A stretch of 64,000 nucleotides of DNA. Source: Hemiscyllium ocellatum (taxonomy: Eukaryota). Every line of letters starts with the position of its first letter. The first letter of the stretch is position 1. The stretch is from the NCBI RefSeq assembly GCF_020745735.1, contig NC_083407.1:84311857-84375856 (forward strand), given 5' to 3'. The position numbers and the translations under genes were made by a program. The notes beneath the pieces are model-generated. The model saw only the letters and a program-made list of their open reading frames with translations. It was not told the DNA's origin and ran no database searches. Shown here piece by piece: positions 35,116-48,859 of the stretch.

Positions 35116-37181
35116 CTGGATTAGTGGTGCTACTGCCCCCTCGACCATGACCCCACCACCCCCATCACCAAACCATCATCTCCCAGACCATGCAGAACTT
35201 CATCACCTCAGGAGATCTCCACCCACAGCTTCCAACCTCATTGTCCGGGAACCCCGCACTGCCCGGTTCTACCTCCTTCCCAAAATCCACAAGCCTGACC
35301 ACCATGGCCGACCCATTGCCTCAGCATGCTCCTGCCCCACTGAACTCATCTCGACCTACCTCGGCACTGTCCTATCTCCCCTAGTCCAGAAACTCCCCAC
35401 ATATGTTCAACACACCACCCACGCCCTCCACCTCCTCCAAGACTTCAGTTTCCCCAGCTCCCAACGCCTCATCTTCACCATGGATATACAATCCCTCTAC
35501 ACCTCCATCCACCATGACCAGGGCCTCCAAGCCCTCCGTTTTTTCCTCTCCAGACATCCTCAACAGTACCCTTCCACCGACACTCTCATTCGTTTGGCCG
35601 ATTTGGTCCTCATCCTTAACAATTTCTCCTTTGAATCCTCCCACTCCTTGCAGACCAAAAGGGTAGCCATGGGCACATGTATGGGCCCCAGCTATGCCTG
35701 TCTCCTTGTTGGCTACGTAGAACAGTTGATCTTCCGTAATTACACTGGCTCCACTCCCCACCTCTGCCTCCGCTACATTGATGACTGCATTGGCGCCACC
35801 TCGTGCTCCCGCGAGGAGGTTGAGCAATTCATCAACTTCACCAACACATTCCACCCTGACCTTAAATTTACCTGGACTATCTCTGACCACGTCCCTCCCC
35901 TTCCTGGACCTCTCCATCTCCATTAATGACGACCAACTTGACACTGACATTTTTTACAAACCCACCGACTCCCACAGCTGCCTAGATTACACCTCTTCCC
36001 ACCCTACCTCTTGCAAAAATGCCATCCCGTATTCCCAATTCCTCCACCTCCTCCGGATCTGCTCCCAGGAAGACCAGTTCCACCACAGACCACACCAGAT
36101 GGCCTCCTTCTTTAGAAACCGCAATTTCCCTTCCCACGTGGTTAAAGATGCCCTCCAATGCATCTCGTCCACATCCTGCACCTCCGCCCTCAGATCCCAC
36201 ACCTCCAACCGTAACAAGGACAGAACGCCCTGGTGCTCACCTTCCACCCTACAAACCTTTGCATTAACCAAATCATCTGCCGACATTTCCGCCACCTCCA
36301 AAAAGACCCTACTACCAGGGATATATTTCCCTCTCCACCCCTTACCGCCTTCCGCAAAGACCGCTCCCTCCGTCAGGTCCACGCCCCCGAGAACCCACCC
36401 TCCCGTGCTGGCACTTTCCCCTGCCACCGCAGAAACTGTAAAACCTGCGCCCACACCTCCTCCCTCACCTCTATCCAAGGCCCTAAAGGAGCCTTCCACA
36501 TTCATCAATGTTTTACCTGCACATCCACTAATATCATTTATTGTATCCGTTGCTCCCGATGCATTCTCCTCTACATTGGGGAGACTGGGCTCCTCCTAGC
36601 AGAGCGCTTTAGGGAACATCTCCGGGACACCCGCACCAATCAACCACACCGCCCCGTGGCCCAACATTTCAACTCCCCCTACCACTCTGCCGAGGACATG
36701 GAGGTCCTGGGCCTCCTTCACTGCTGCTCCCTCACCACCAGACGCCTGGAGGAAGAACGCCTCATCTTCCACCTCGGAACACTTCAACCCCAGGGCATCA
36801 ATGTGGACTTCAACAGCTTCCTCATTTCTCCTTCCCCCACCTCACCCTAGTTCCAAACTTCCAGCTCAGCACTGTCCCCATGTCTTGTCCTGACTTGTCC
36901 TACCTGCCTATCTCCTTTTCCACCTATCCACTCCACCCTCTCCTCCCTGACCTATCACCTTCATCCCCTCCCCCACTCACCCATTGTACTCTATGCTACT
37001 TTCTCCCCACCATCCTCTAGCTTATCTCTCCACGCTTCAGGCTCACTGCCTTTATTCCTGATGAAGGGCTTTTGCCCAAAACATCGATTTCACTGCTCCT
37101 TGGATGCTGCTTGAACTGCTGTGCTTTTCCAACACCACTAATCCAGAATCTGGTTTCCAGCACCTGCAGTCATTGTTTTAC
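35116..37181 (+). mobile_element. Penelope-like element: RT + GIY-YIG, with short inverted end at 5' junction and TSD
   Basis: FYLLPKIHK, FTMDIQSLYTSI, AMGTCMGPSYA, RYIDD, IIYCIRCSRCILLYIGETG..RFREH; imperfect TSD ctatttgtatagact (35101-35115) / ctacttatacagact (37182-37196). Confidence 0.93.
37054..37089 (+). ncRNA. Minimal hammerhead ribozyme motif (CpG-decayed)
   Basis: ATTC-CTGATGA-AGGGCTTTTGCCC-AAAA-CATC-GATT; two CpG transitions away from GAAA-CGTC. Confidence 0.7.
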
Positions 37182-38789
37182 CTACTTATACAGACTGTCA
37201 GTTCTGTGTCAGCTGGCCTGTTTTCTCTTCCAGTGATATCACTTGCACTAAACCGTTTGTCAACTTCACTTCGAGCTGTGTTTTGTGATCTCTAATCTAT
37301 TGGGCAAATTTCTCCAATAGCAGTTTATAATGAATGTTTTGAAGATGGGGATCAAATATAACATTACTAAATTTGCAGGCAGTATGGTCCTCTCAGGATG
37401 GTGAAGGGAGATATTGGGCAATAAAAGTGTGCATTCTAAACAGTTTCAAAGAACAAGTGGAGATTTTATTGAAACTCATGAAATATTTGAAGGGGTGAGC
37501 CTAATTGTAGGCAGAAGATTTCCCCAGTTAAGGAGTCTAGAACCGGGGGGACACAATCTAAAAATAAGGGGGAATGCCACTTCGGTCTGAGATGAAGAGG
37601 AGTTATTTTACTCAAAAGGATTGTGAACCTTTGGAGTTCTTTACCATAGATGGCTATGGATGCTGAGTCTTTGAGATAAAGATTGTTTAAGATAAGATTG
37701 CCAGATTTCCGATTACCAGTGGCGTACGTGGTTATGGGGAAGTGGTGAGTAAAAGGCACTAAAATGTCTGATCAGCCATACCATCTTGAATGGTGGGGAA
37801 GGCTCTGTGGGCTAAGTGGCTCTGATTCATATGTCCCATTGCTTTGTGGCTGTCTCAATAGGTTAACCTGAAGCAAGGGTGCCAAATGATCGGTTCTGAA
37901 GTCTGCCAGATAGCAAGCCAGTTTTTTTTGTGGTTGTAGAGATTAAGGGGTCCAGATTGTTTTGAGAAATGAGGTGTAATTCTTTTCCCCCTAGAAATCA
38001 TGACAACAGTTATGTGCTAATAGTGTACAGACAAACTATCCAGAGTCCCAGGAGAGTTACAGATGTCAGCTTGTAAAGAACTATACCTTAAAATGCCCAT
38101 TATGTTCCCATTGGGCTGTCAAGAATAGCTAAATTAGCAACTTGACAAGAATACAAAGTCCATATGATTCACATTGTAATGATGATGGGCTTTGAGATGG
38201 GAAGGATACAATGGAAGCCATTTTAAAGCCTGATTTACAAGCTTTCCTAAAATATACCAAGTATAGGTAAGTTAGTCAACCAGGGTCCAAAAGAGAGAGA
38301 GCAGCTGAAGATTCAAAATATTTATGGTTCATCATGCCTGTATGTGCCAATTTGAGCTCATGCTCAAATTGAAAAGACCAAATACATAAGAATCTGAATT
38401 AAAACCAAGAAATTCAACTAGCTTTTGCTGGTGGATCTCCACCAAAATGCTCACTATGAAGGTCAGTTCCAGGGTTGAAGATTACCAGGTTGAGTAAAGA
38501 AAATAAAGTCAACCTCCAGGAGTCAAGAATCATTTTTGACAGTTCTGGAAGAACTGAATGTCTATTTAAGTATTATATAATGCATATGTGAAGTTTTTTT
38601 CAGTTTTGTTAAAACTGATGTTCTATGGTTCATTTAGTCTTTGTTATAGTAGACATCTTAAAACAATGAAATCTTTGTGTGTCACCCATTCAGCTATTAA
38701 ATGGAAATCTGAAACTTTTTGGTCTTTACAGAGATTATAGCATCTTCAAATCATGGGCACCATATAACAAAAAAAATAATACATACAGC

Positions 38790-40030
38790 CACCTTGTGCA
38801 CAACTCTGGGGTGAGTCCATCTGGTCAGGTGTTTTATCTACCTTCAGCCTTTCAGCTTCCCCATCACCTTCTATTTGGTGTTAGCCACTAAACTCACGTC
38901 TGCCCTGCAACTGTTGAGTTCTGGTCTGCTACTGGTTTTTTCCACTGTGAAGATTGATGCAAAATACCTATTCAGTTTCTCTGCTATTCTTTGTTCCCCA
39001 TTACTACTTCCCTAGCTTCATTTTCCAACAGTCCAAAGTCCACAGTTACCTTCCTGGCACCTTTCAGACGTTTAAAAATTCTTGAAATCTTATTAGCTAG
39101 CTCACTCTCAGATTGCATCTTCTCTCCACTTATTGATTTTTAGTTATTCTGTGCTAGTGTTTAAAGGCTTCCCACTAATCATCAACACCTGTATGCTTTC
39201 TCTTTTGCTTTTATGCTGTCCCTGACCTCCCTTGTCAGCTGTGGTTGCCTTGCCTTCCCTAATGTTTCTTCTTTTCTATGAAGAATTTCTGCTGTGCCTC
39301 CCAAATTATCGCAAAAACCCCTGCCATTGCTGCTCTACTGTCTTCACTGCAAGGCTCTCTTTCTAAACAACTCTGGCCAACTCCTCCCTCATGTCTTTGT
39401 AGTTACCCTTACTTAGTTGTAATATTGTTTCATTTGACTCCCACTTCTCCCTCTCAAACTGCAGGATGAATTCTTCAAAATGAGCTTAAGGAGGAAGAAC
39501 CCCTCGGAGACAGTAACCATAATATCTTCCTCAATACACATCACAGAATACAGTGGGCTCTACTGTAAGCTGTTCCCAAAAAAACCCATCTCATAGATAT
39601 TCCACAAATTAAATCCTTTGACATCCCTGACCAACCTGACTTTCCCAGCACTCTTAAATATTGAAAACATGCATCATTTCTGTAATAGTGCCTTTCTTAC
39701 ATGCCTTTCTATCTCCTGATTTTCTTCCTTATACGTAACTCTTGTTAGGGTTTCCCTTCCTTTACAGTTCCTCAACTCAACCATCGCACATTCTATGCAT
39801 TCCAACTCAATCACTTCTTACTATCAATTTAAGCTCTTACTAACAAGATAACTTGGCCGCCTCTGCCCATCTTTTCGAAAGGATGTGTATCCTTGGGTAT
39901 TTAATTCCCTGCCCTGATCCCCTGGCAGCTCTGTGATACCCATAACATCATACCCGCCAATTTCCATGTGTACGACAAGCTTAGTTACCTTATTTTGAAT
40001 AATGCACGTATTTAACATTCTCACTCACAT
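38790..40030 (-). mobile_element. Old CR1 ORF2 remnant (endonuclease region)
   Basis: Minus-strand LNTCIIQNK, YDVMGITE, LNRYFASIFTVE. Confidence 0.7.
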
Positions 40031-40249
40031 TGACTGCCCCCCACTTCTCATAGTTGTTCCCTCATCTGCTTGAGAAAACCAGAAGTTCGATTTCTGACCA
40101 TTTCCACACTCTGTCCTTGTATTTGTTCTGGAAACTTTAATGACCTCTGATGAGCTTGCCTCTCTTTCAAATGCAACAGACCACTGAAACTGTAAGCACA
40201 AAGTTCAAAGACAGATATGACAACTGCACAATGAAAGCATTCCTCGGTG

Positions 40250-41095
40250 TCTTGAGTCGATATGTATAATAACACTGCAGTGATTACATCGTAGCTGAAT
40301 GTTAGTGGAGTAAAACTCCTTTGTACCAAGAAATACATTTGGTTGAATTGATGGTGCCACTAGTGTCAGATGTGTGCACTTATAGCTCCCTGCAATTTGG
40401 CAATCCAGCCAAAGCAGAAAATCTGAGTAATCATTCCTCCACAACGACCTCATTAGAAGCAAAATGCACATACATGGTGACTCTAACAAATAGTTTTGGA
40501 CTACATATAGATGCCATCTGAGACCCTGGAGAAGTGTTGTCAACGATGTTTAAAATGGATTCTCCACATCAGCTGGGATGGAGGTGTACTAACATCAGTA
40601 CCCTTGATGCAGCTAAATTCCAGCATTGAGACCCCAACCATCCGAAACCCACTCCAATGAGCTGGCCACGTGCTTAGGATGCCAGAGTTCCGAATGCCAA
40701 TGCAAATCATCAAGGAAGGCACTTGATCAAGAGGAAGACAAACGAACCATTTCAAAAGGCTCCTGGAGGCTTCCTTTAAGATATGCAACATAGATGTCAA
40801 CGTGTGGCAACTGTCACTTAGAAGAAACTGAGCTCAAGGAAACTCCTGTATGAAGGGACATAATTCTTCTAGAACTCCTGTCGGCAAGAGGAAGTACAGA
40901 AAAGAAAATGAAAAACAGAATACCAATTATCCTGAGGCCAAGAACTATTTCCATCTCCCAGAAATATCTGTCACACGTGGTCAGAGATGTGGCTCGAGAA
41001 TTGGGTTCATTGGCATCTTTGGATCCACAGAACGTATGAACAGGGACGTGGAATTTCCTGGAGGTGGAAAACTGTACGCATTAATCAATGATTGC
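40250..41095 (+). mobile_element. RTE-clade LINE 3' remnant
   Basis: Degenerate LEK.CQRCL..ILHISW, TNISTL and AGHVLRMPEFRMP motifs typical of RTE C-termini. Confidence 0.65.
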
Positions 41096-41712
41096 CACTG
41101 CCATTGGTATTGGCCATCGTAGAAGAGCACTTCTGGTCTGCTACTGGTTTTTTCCACTGTGAAGATTGATGCAAGATACCTATTCAGTTTCTCAGAATAT
41201 ACAGAAGATTGTAAGACTCTGCAGATTTTACTAACAAATCTCTCGAAGGAGATGAAGGTTAAGAAATTCAGGATTGCAGTGACCTTGACTACCAAGATGC
41301 AAGCCCAACTGGTCTCTAGGCAGGTTTTGTTCCAGACTGAAAGTGTCAGCAATGACCTGACATACAGGCTGAGATTTGTTACAAACTAGTGCTTCCCATG
41401 ACCAGGACTCTCACCTTCTGCCTTTGTACCCTTTATTGGGGGTATTGGTTCCTGTGAGCTAGAATTCTGGAGTTTATCCCTTTGTTCTGTGAAATGTAGA
41501 TAGCAGAGGAAAAAGGTAGCAAAGTTTGGGAAGTCCTATCTGAAGCAGTTAAAGTACAGTTTCAGAACAAGCCGTGTGAGCAAAGCTTTTCATTTAAACA
41601 AACAACAGTAAATGCCTGTCCATCAACCTTCACACGCTTACTTTCAACCCTGTCCTGTGTTCAGACAATTAATGCCAGAAATAAGGTTTGAAGATGCAAT
41701 CAATTACCTCTT

Positions 41713-42037
41713 TGGGCGGCACAGTGGTTAGCACTGCTGCCTCACAGCGCCAGAGACATGGGTTCAATTCCTGCCTCAAGCAACTGTCTGTGTGGAGTTT
41801 GCACATTCTCCCCAAGTCTGCTTGGGTTTATTCCGGGTGCTCTGGTTTCCTCCCACAGTCCAAAAATGTGTGGGTTAGGTGAATTGGCCACGCTAAATTG
41901 CCCGTAGTGTTAGGTGAAGGGGTAAATGTAGGGGAATGGGTCTGGGTGGGTTGCTCTTCGGAGGGTCGGTGTGGACTTGTTGAGCCGAAGGGCCTGTTTC
42001 CACATTGTAGGGAATCTATTCTAATCTAATCTAATCT
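41713..42037 (+). mobile_element. HE1/V-SINE
   Basis: gggcggcacagtggttagcactgctgcc head, B box, V core, (aatct)n tail. Confidence 0.92.
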
Positions 42038-42679
42038 TACTATATGTTAAATTGCAGACCTGCCTGTCTCTTGAGGCTTCCTATATGCTAACATATGCAC
42101 ATTACTTAGCTGCCAATGTTGCTAGGCTCCAATCAGCTTCCCGAGACACAATGCAGCTTCTTTAACCTGCCAAATGCAGTAATAGCAAATCACCATGGTA
42201 GGAAAAATTTCGGCCTGTTGCATTCGCTCCCTTCATAGATACTAACTGACCTGAGTGGTTTGAGAATATTCTATTGTTATTGCTGTCATTTTTTTAAACA
42301 TCTGATCAGGACATTTGTTTTCCACTCTGCAGAATACACAGCATTCCACATCTTCATTCAATGTCACTCTTACCACAGCTTAAATTTTCTTTTCCTCATT
42401 TTGGGGAACATTTTATCTTCAGTTCGCAACCCACCTTAGTATGAGATAAAGGTCAAAAATCCATACCGAATCCACATCATATTTTAAAGCAATTGGAACT
42501 AATCACTAAAAATAATACATTATTTATGCATAAATAATATGATAACAAGTAGTTTGAAAAAGACAACACACAGTGGATAGTATAACATTTGATTTTAAAT
42601 AAAATCTTACACATTGTCAAAATTTTCGTACCAAAAGATAGAGAAGAAAAGCTTAACAAAATGCTGACTTTGTGTACTA

Positions 42680-42906
42680 CAGGTCGTTCTGCTATAACAC
42701 ATGTTTCATCTGCGTGAATTGGCGAAAATGCAATTGATGAATTGTGGTCATTGTTTGGATAACATGAACTTCCTACTGAAGGGGTACAGTGATTTTCTAT
42801 TAGCAATCTTCAACAGCGTGATTCTCTATTACAGTTTTCCATAGTTCCATTTTTCTATAATACGAGGTTGCAGAGGAACACAACTATGTTAGAGCAGAAC
42901 AACCTG
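42680..42906. mobile_element. Tc1/mariner (Tigger/pogo-like) MITE, 227 bp
   Basis: TIRs CAGGTCGTTCTGCTATAACA / TGTTAGAGCAGAACAACCTG (18/20), left flank TA. Confidence 0.8.
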
Positions 42907-43088
42907 CAACTCATGTGACTTGACTTGGCAGAAACCTGCAACTTACTTGGACTATGCACCATAATTGCAGTCCTGACTATTTGAGAAAATATTTGGCTAC
43001 AAGTGTTTTGAGAGAAGGGAAAAATAACTATTTGCTGCTTTACCAGTAAAACCATTTTGGAAAGCAAACAAAATTCAAGGCTACCTAC

Positions 43089-43234
43089 CTACAGCTCCAC
43101 ATTGTCCATTTTCAGCTGCCATCATTAATGGAGTTTTCCCTGACTTATCAGCAGGATTCACTTGTGCACCATGACTTAGCAGCAATTGCAAACACTCTAC
43201 ATGGTCTGTAAAAGCAGCTGCATGAAGAGGAGTT
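43089..43234 (-). CDS. ANKRD44: ANKRD44 exon ([48 protein letters not shown])
   Basis: 146 bp; acceptor tatttttag, donor gtaggt; phases 2/1. Confidence 0.95.
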
Positions 43235-44331
43235 CTAAAAATACAATTTAACAGCAAGTTATTTAACTCCAAAAGTACCAATGCACAAAATAATTTACTG
43301 AATCACAAAACAGTGCCAGACAGACTTCGTCTTATCCAAACTTATATGTCAGTTAATGTTTTGAACAATGTCAGTTTGCCTGGACTGAAGGCTGAAAACT
43401 GACACCATCGTCATTCACTTCTCGATTTTATAATTGACCAGACTTTTTCCTCACAATTGTCCATTTCACTTAAAAAGTAGCTAATAAGAGAGATTACTAG
43501 TTTAAGACACAGTGTCAGCGTTAATCAATCTAAACCTATGGATATCTCAGACAGATGTAATATAAAACTCCTTCTGATCTGGACCTACAAGATGCCTCAG
43601 CTGCAAACTTACCTAAGTAGTAACATTTACCACAGCAGGATGACAATGTTTTTCTTATCGCTAACATCAATCAACCAAAGGTTCTTTGCTTGAATTGGCT
43701 TATTTGTTGTAATAATGCCCACAAGGAACTTGACTGAAACTCAAACTCATTTTAGAAATGACTCTTTTGCTAGAAAACAGAAGATATTGCCCATTGGTCT
43801 GGACTGCTTCAGCATCAAATTCTACAGGTACAAGATTAATGCTACCCAGTTCCCATCTCAAAGCTTTTACATCATTTTCAGAGCTTGGAAACACCAGAAC
43901 AGAGTTACAGCACAAATCACAATTTCAAAAGCAACATTCAAAAATATTCCATATTCCCAAAAGAAAATTACATAGCTGAACAGCACAATGGCAAGAAATA
44001 AAAATGAATATCACCTTTTTAAGTCATATTTATACTGAAGAGGCAAAATTTGTTTAAGGTATGAAAAATCCACTAAGTGAAGTTCCCTCTTTCTCCCAGA
44101 AGTCTGTACCTTTATAATCTTAACTGTCAAGATCACAAAATTATTCCATAATAACTAAGGAATTGAGTTCCAATTGTGTGATGTAATAGCTTAAATAACA
44201 TCTTTCGAGCAGCACATTAAGTTTCAGTTTGACTTTAACACCTCAAGCAAAAATTCAAGTGATTTTTGAAACACTTTTTTTTCCACCCCCAAGCAGGGTT
44301 GTGCAATGATTAAATAAAAAAATATTCATAC

Positions 44332-44415
44332 CTTCCTTGGGCATCTCTGGAATCAACAACTTTAGCACCTAAAGCTTCAATTAACATTTCTGCACAATTT
44401 TCATGGTCATTTATT
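44332..44415 (-). CDS. ANKRD44: ANKRD44 exon (INDHENCAEMLIEALGAKVVDSRDAQGR)
   Basis: 84 bp; acceptor ttgcttacag, donor gtatga; phases 2/2. Confidence 0.95.
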
Positions 44416-45034
44416 CTGTAAGCAAAGGAAAAGTGTTGGGTCAAGCAGGAAGAGCAAAACCTCTTGGTCTATCAAATCTCATCTTACTCATACTCTACTG
44501 TTTGTCACAGCATCCAACTATACTTTAAAAATCCTTCTTTATATTTCTAATGCAGTTGACAAGTTAGTCCAAACATATGTAAAATATTTCTTCCTGATAG
44601 AACATTGCAAAATGATATTGTCACTAACTTCGGTCTTCTGCACCTATTTATTGGTTTCAATGTTGAATACCATGGTCAAGAAAACACAAATGTATGCTGT
44701 TTCTGCTCAAATAAAGATTGGAATTAAATAAGATCATGTTAATTTAGCAAATTAGCAATTCAGAACAGATGTATCTACAATTATGAGAGAATAACCCAGT
44801 AAATATTCATTGCCAGTCAGTCAATTCAATGCTGCACAGACTGTCAAGACTACGTGCAACCTTCAGGACAAGCTAGGCTACAGATAAAGAATGAACATTT
44901 GAGTGGGAGAGAATTCAGAACAGGCATGGAATGAAGGGAATAAATGGTTGTGCGGTCAAGTTGGCTCTTTGCAAAATAACATTTTTGGAAGCTTTGAGTG
45001 TGAAATCAATTCAGAATGATTTAATTATTAATTA

Positions 45035-46085
45035 TTCATAAAGTCACAGCATAGAAACAGATACTTCCATCCAACTTGTCCACGCTGACGAAGTTTCCCA
45101 AACTAAACCACTCGCTTATGGTTGGCCGTCCCATTTCCCTCTAAACCTTTCCTATTCATGGAAAAATTTGTAAATAACTAAACCTGCATGTACCACTTCC
45201 TCTGGCAGTTCATTCCACATACAATCCACTCTGTGAAAAAACTTGCCCCTCAGTCCCTTTTAAATCTTTCTTCTCTCACCTTAAAAATATGGCCCCTAGT
45301 TTTCAACTCCCTACCCTAGGGAAAAGACCTTGGCTATTCACCTTAGTTATGCCCCTGATGAACAAAGAACAATACAGCACAGATATAGGACCTTAAACCC
45401 TCCAAGCCTGCGCAGTTATTTTGTCCTGCCATACTCAAACAGTCTTCACTTACAGAATCCGTATCCTTCCATTCCTTCCTATTTACGTATTTATCCATGT
45501 GTTTCCTGAATGCTGCTACTGTGTCTGCTTCTACACCTCTTCCGGCAGCACGGTGCAGTCACTCACTACGCTTTGTAGAAAAAAGATTCACCTCACCCAT
45601 CTTTTACAGTCCCACCTACCTTCCCCAAACCCCCTGGAACCTTGAGCCTGCATCTCCTATTCATTGTTCATGCCCACAATTCCCACCCCACCATTTTGCC
45701 TCTCCTGACTGATGCTGAAGGGACAGAACATAATTGTCCTCATTTTATACCCCTCCTATAAAGTCACCCCTCAACCTCCTATGCTCCAGTGAAAAACATC
45801 TCAACTTATCCAGCCTCTCCATATAAGTCAAAGCCTCCAGTCCCAGCAACATCTTGGTAAATCTTTTCCAATTTAAAAATATCCTTCCGACAGCAGGGCA
45901 ACCAGAACTGTACATAGTACTCCAAAAGTGGCCTCACCAATGTCCTCTTCAAGCTCAACATGACATCCCAACCCCTATACTCAATGGTCTGTGCAATGAA
46001 GGGAAGTGTGTTAAACACCATCTTCACCATCCTGTTGACTTTCAAAGAACAATGTACCTGAACGCCTCGGTGTCTCTGTTAAACT
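45035..46085 (-). mobile_element. CR1 3' fragment with a second CR1-type 3' end nested at ~45360-45740
   Basis: RTLVRPLLEYYVQFW; two separate CR1 tails (45040 and 45361). Confidence 0.75.
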
Positions 46086-48114
46086 TTGCATATTAGGGTC
46101 TTTAGGAGTATGGACTAGAGTGAAGATATCCACTGAAATGACTTGGAAATGTTGTACTTTTCAAAAATGAACAAATCAAGTGTTCAATAATCTTGCTATT
46201 AAATCACCTTACCTCAAAACATGCAACAAGATCTCGTATTTCAAATTTAAAGTGGGTACTGCATCCCTAACTTGATATGTATGTCCCCGTTGTTTCTTTT
46301 GTGGAGGGGACATCCAGAAGGCAAGGATTTTACAACAAAATTGTAAAAGTTGGAATGCTCCCCCAATCAATCAAATGGACCTTTGGCATTCTGTATCCTG
46401 ATCATAAACACTTTCTTTCCATCTGCATTCTAAAATACCTATGCCTGGTACATGCCACAACTGGGGCTGATCTTGACCCACTCCAGTCAAGTCCTGATCT
46501 CTCAACTCCTTCAGCGTTGGCAGGATTGCCCCTAGTTGGGAAATGCTGAGAAGTTGAAAACCACAAAAAACAGAAATGTGGTGAAGTCCAGATATGAAAT
46601 GCACTAAAACCTCTGCAGCCCAAATTCAATGCAACTGTTAGCCCTTCTCAGCTTCATTGCATCTCTCCATCCCTGTAAATAATGCAGCCAGTAGATCAGT
46701 ACACATTAGATAAACAGCTTTTTTAGGTGGATATGAAATCTGAGATGAATTAGCATTTCTCACATTCTACAGATGCATCAAATACTTTTCTGTGTGGTAC
46801 TGGCATGTAACAGATGCTAGATTCAGAATTACAAAGGTGATTTATATCAGCACTTAAGTTTATTTTTAGAAAGAATAAACTCATCTGGAAAAACTAATTT
46901 TTGAATCACCATGAGGGGGCATTCTACACCAAAACAATAATTGTAAAATAAAATTACCCATGCCTACACAATAGAAGGAAAAAGGAAACCTGAAGTGTAA
47001 CAATTTTATTGTGCAAATTTTTAATATTTAGACCACTGAAAAGCAAACGATTTAATGTAGTATCAATGTTAGGCTAAAACAATTCAGTATTACAGTCACG
47101 TAATAATGTACTGAACTCACTTTGTGTAATTAACCACAAACTGCAAAATTCTGTTGCTGGACAACTTTAATCAGTGTCTTATGCTGCTCTCAGGAATAAA
47201 ATGCAGCTGACCAACCATATTAACAGTTTTTTTTTTCAAATGCCACATATCATGTGAAACAAGAAACATCTAAAAGGTCAACATCATCCTTAATTATAAA
47301 AAGGGACTGGGTAGATCGAAACAAATGTCAAGTGGTCATTTAGTGTATCAGAATGAAGCCAGAAATATAAAGTTAAAATCGTGAGATCTAGGATAGGGAG
47401 GAGAACTTTCTTCACACAGAAATGACTGAAGATCTCTGAAATTAATTTTGAGATTTAGCGATTGAGGGGAAGGTTATTTACCAACAAGGATCAATCCCAA
47501 TATAGATGGATGGTGCCAGATGTCTCATGTGTTTTGGCACGGAACTATTTCCATAGGTCTCTAATTCTACATATTTGAAATAATTAAAATCTCCTCTACG
47601 CATGGAAGACAGTTTAAGAATTTATTTTTGCTCAAATATCGGATGTCATTGCTAGCAGTTTAAAAAACGAATGACAGCAACGAATACTTACAGAACAACT
47701 GAGTTAATGTCTTCGTGAATTCCGGAATCAGTATGCGAATTTCAGACAATTGTGTGTTATTGTATTTTGTTCAAATTTACTCTATCACCAAATCTTACAA
47801 CCAACAGATAACTTGGAAGACTTTGCCATCAGACTGACCCTCATTCAAAATAAAATTTCAAAAGAATAATCCATTACATGGCTCAATCCAAACATGTTAG
47901 AAATACAAATGCATTAGAAATACAAAGTCAAAATGTTTGAAGATCCCTTCGAACCTCACAAAGGTAATGAAAAATAGAAAAAAATGTATTCACAAAAGAT
48001 GTATAGGAGAGTGAGAACAGGGAGATTTAATTAACACTTGTCTGGGGGAGATGTAGATAAGTATGAGTTGTGTTGAATAGTTACTCACGAATTAGACCAT
48101 GTATTAAACACTAA

Positions 48115-48335
48115 CTGTGAGAGGGAAAAGATTTAAAAGGGACTTATGTCCTCTGGCTCTGGACTCCCCCACCCCTGGGGAAGAACCTCATCTATTTACC
48201 CTATCCAGGCCCCTCATGATTTTATAAAACTCTAAGGTCTCCCCTCAGCCTCTGACACTCCAGGGAAAACAGTCCAGTTATTTGGCCTCTCCCTGTAGCT
48301 CAAATCCTTCAATGCTGGCGACATCCTTGTAAAAT
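48115..48335 (-). mobile_element. Short CR1 fragment with a small inverted piece
   Basis: Matches other CR1 3' regions; first ~28 bp in the opposite orientation. Confidence 0.6.
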
Positions 48336-48771
48336 TCAAGACTGGTTCAGGAATATACAAAATAATGGACAAACAGGAAATGATCCACTAGACCATCTAA
48401 ATCTGTAACATATAATGATGTTGCCAAGTATTGTTTCAGCCAAACTCCAGCAGTGGAATACTGGTTCAAACTAATGACCATTCAATTTGTTCTCTCCCCT
48501 TAAGGTCTCTGTACCATTCTCTTCACTAAGGTCACAAACATATTGTAGAACAATGTGTTCAATAGAATATACGTTAATTGGATCGTATGCTTGTTTAAAG
48601 ATTTAACAATGGGTCTTGATTATTCAAACATGAGAATATTACAGGATTTGGTCAGAAATGCATTTTGATGCATTTGCTACTTAACTCTGGAGTAGGATTT
48701 ACTTTCTCCAGAAAACTTTCAAATATTTACATTTGTCATATTGAGAATAAACTGCCTCACAATTGACTTAC

Positions 48772-48859
48772 ATTGCACAGTGCAAAGGAGTAAAAGGAGC
48801 ACCCCCAAATTTGATAAATTCTTTTTGTTCCAGTAGGACCTCCAAACAGGTTTCATGAC
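48772..48859 (-). CDS. ANKRD44: ANKRD44 exon (GHETCLEVLLEQKEFIKFGGAPFTPLHCA)
   Basis: 88 bp; acceptor ttttgttag, donor gtaagt; phases 1/2. Confidence 0.95.

Noticed and set aside
37846-38769. Possible second solo LTR (TGT...AACA)
   Set aside because: No matching TSD and boundaries are unclear.
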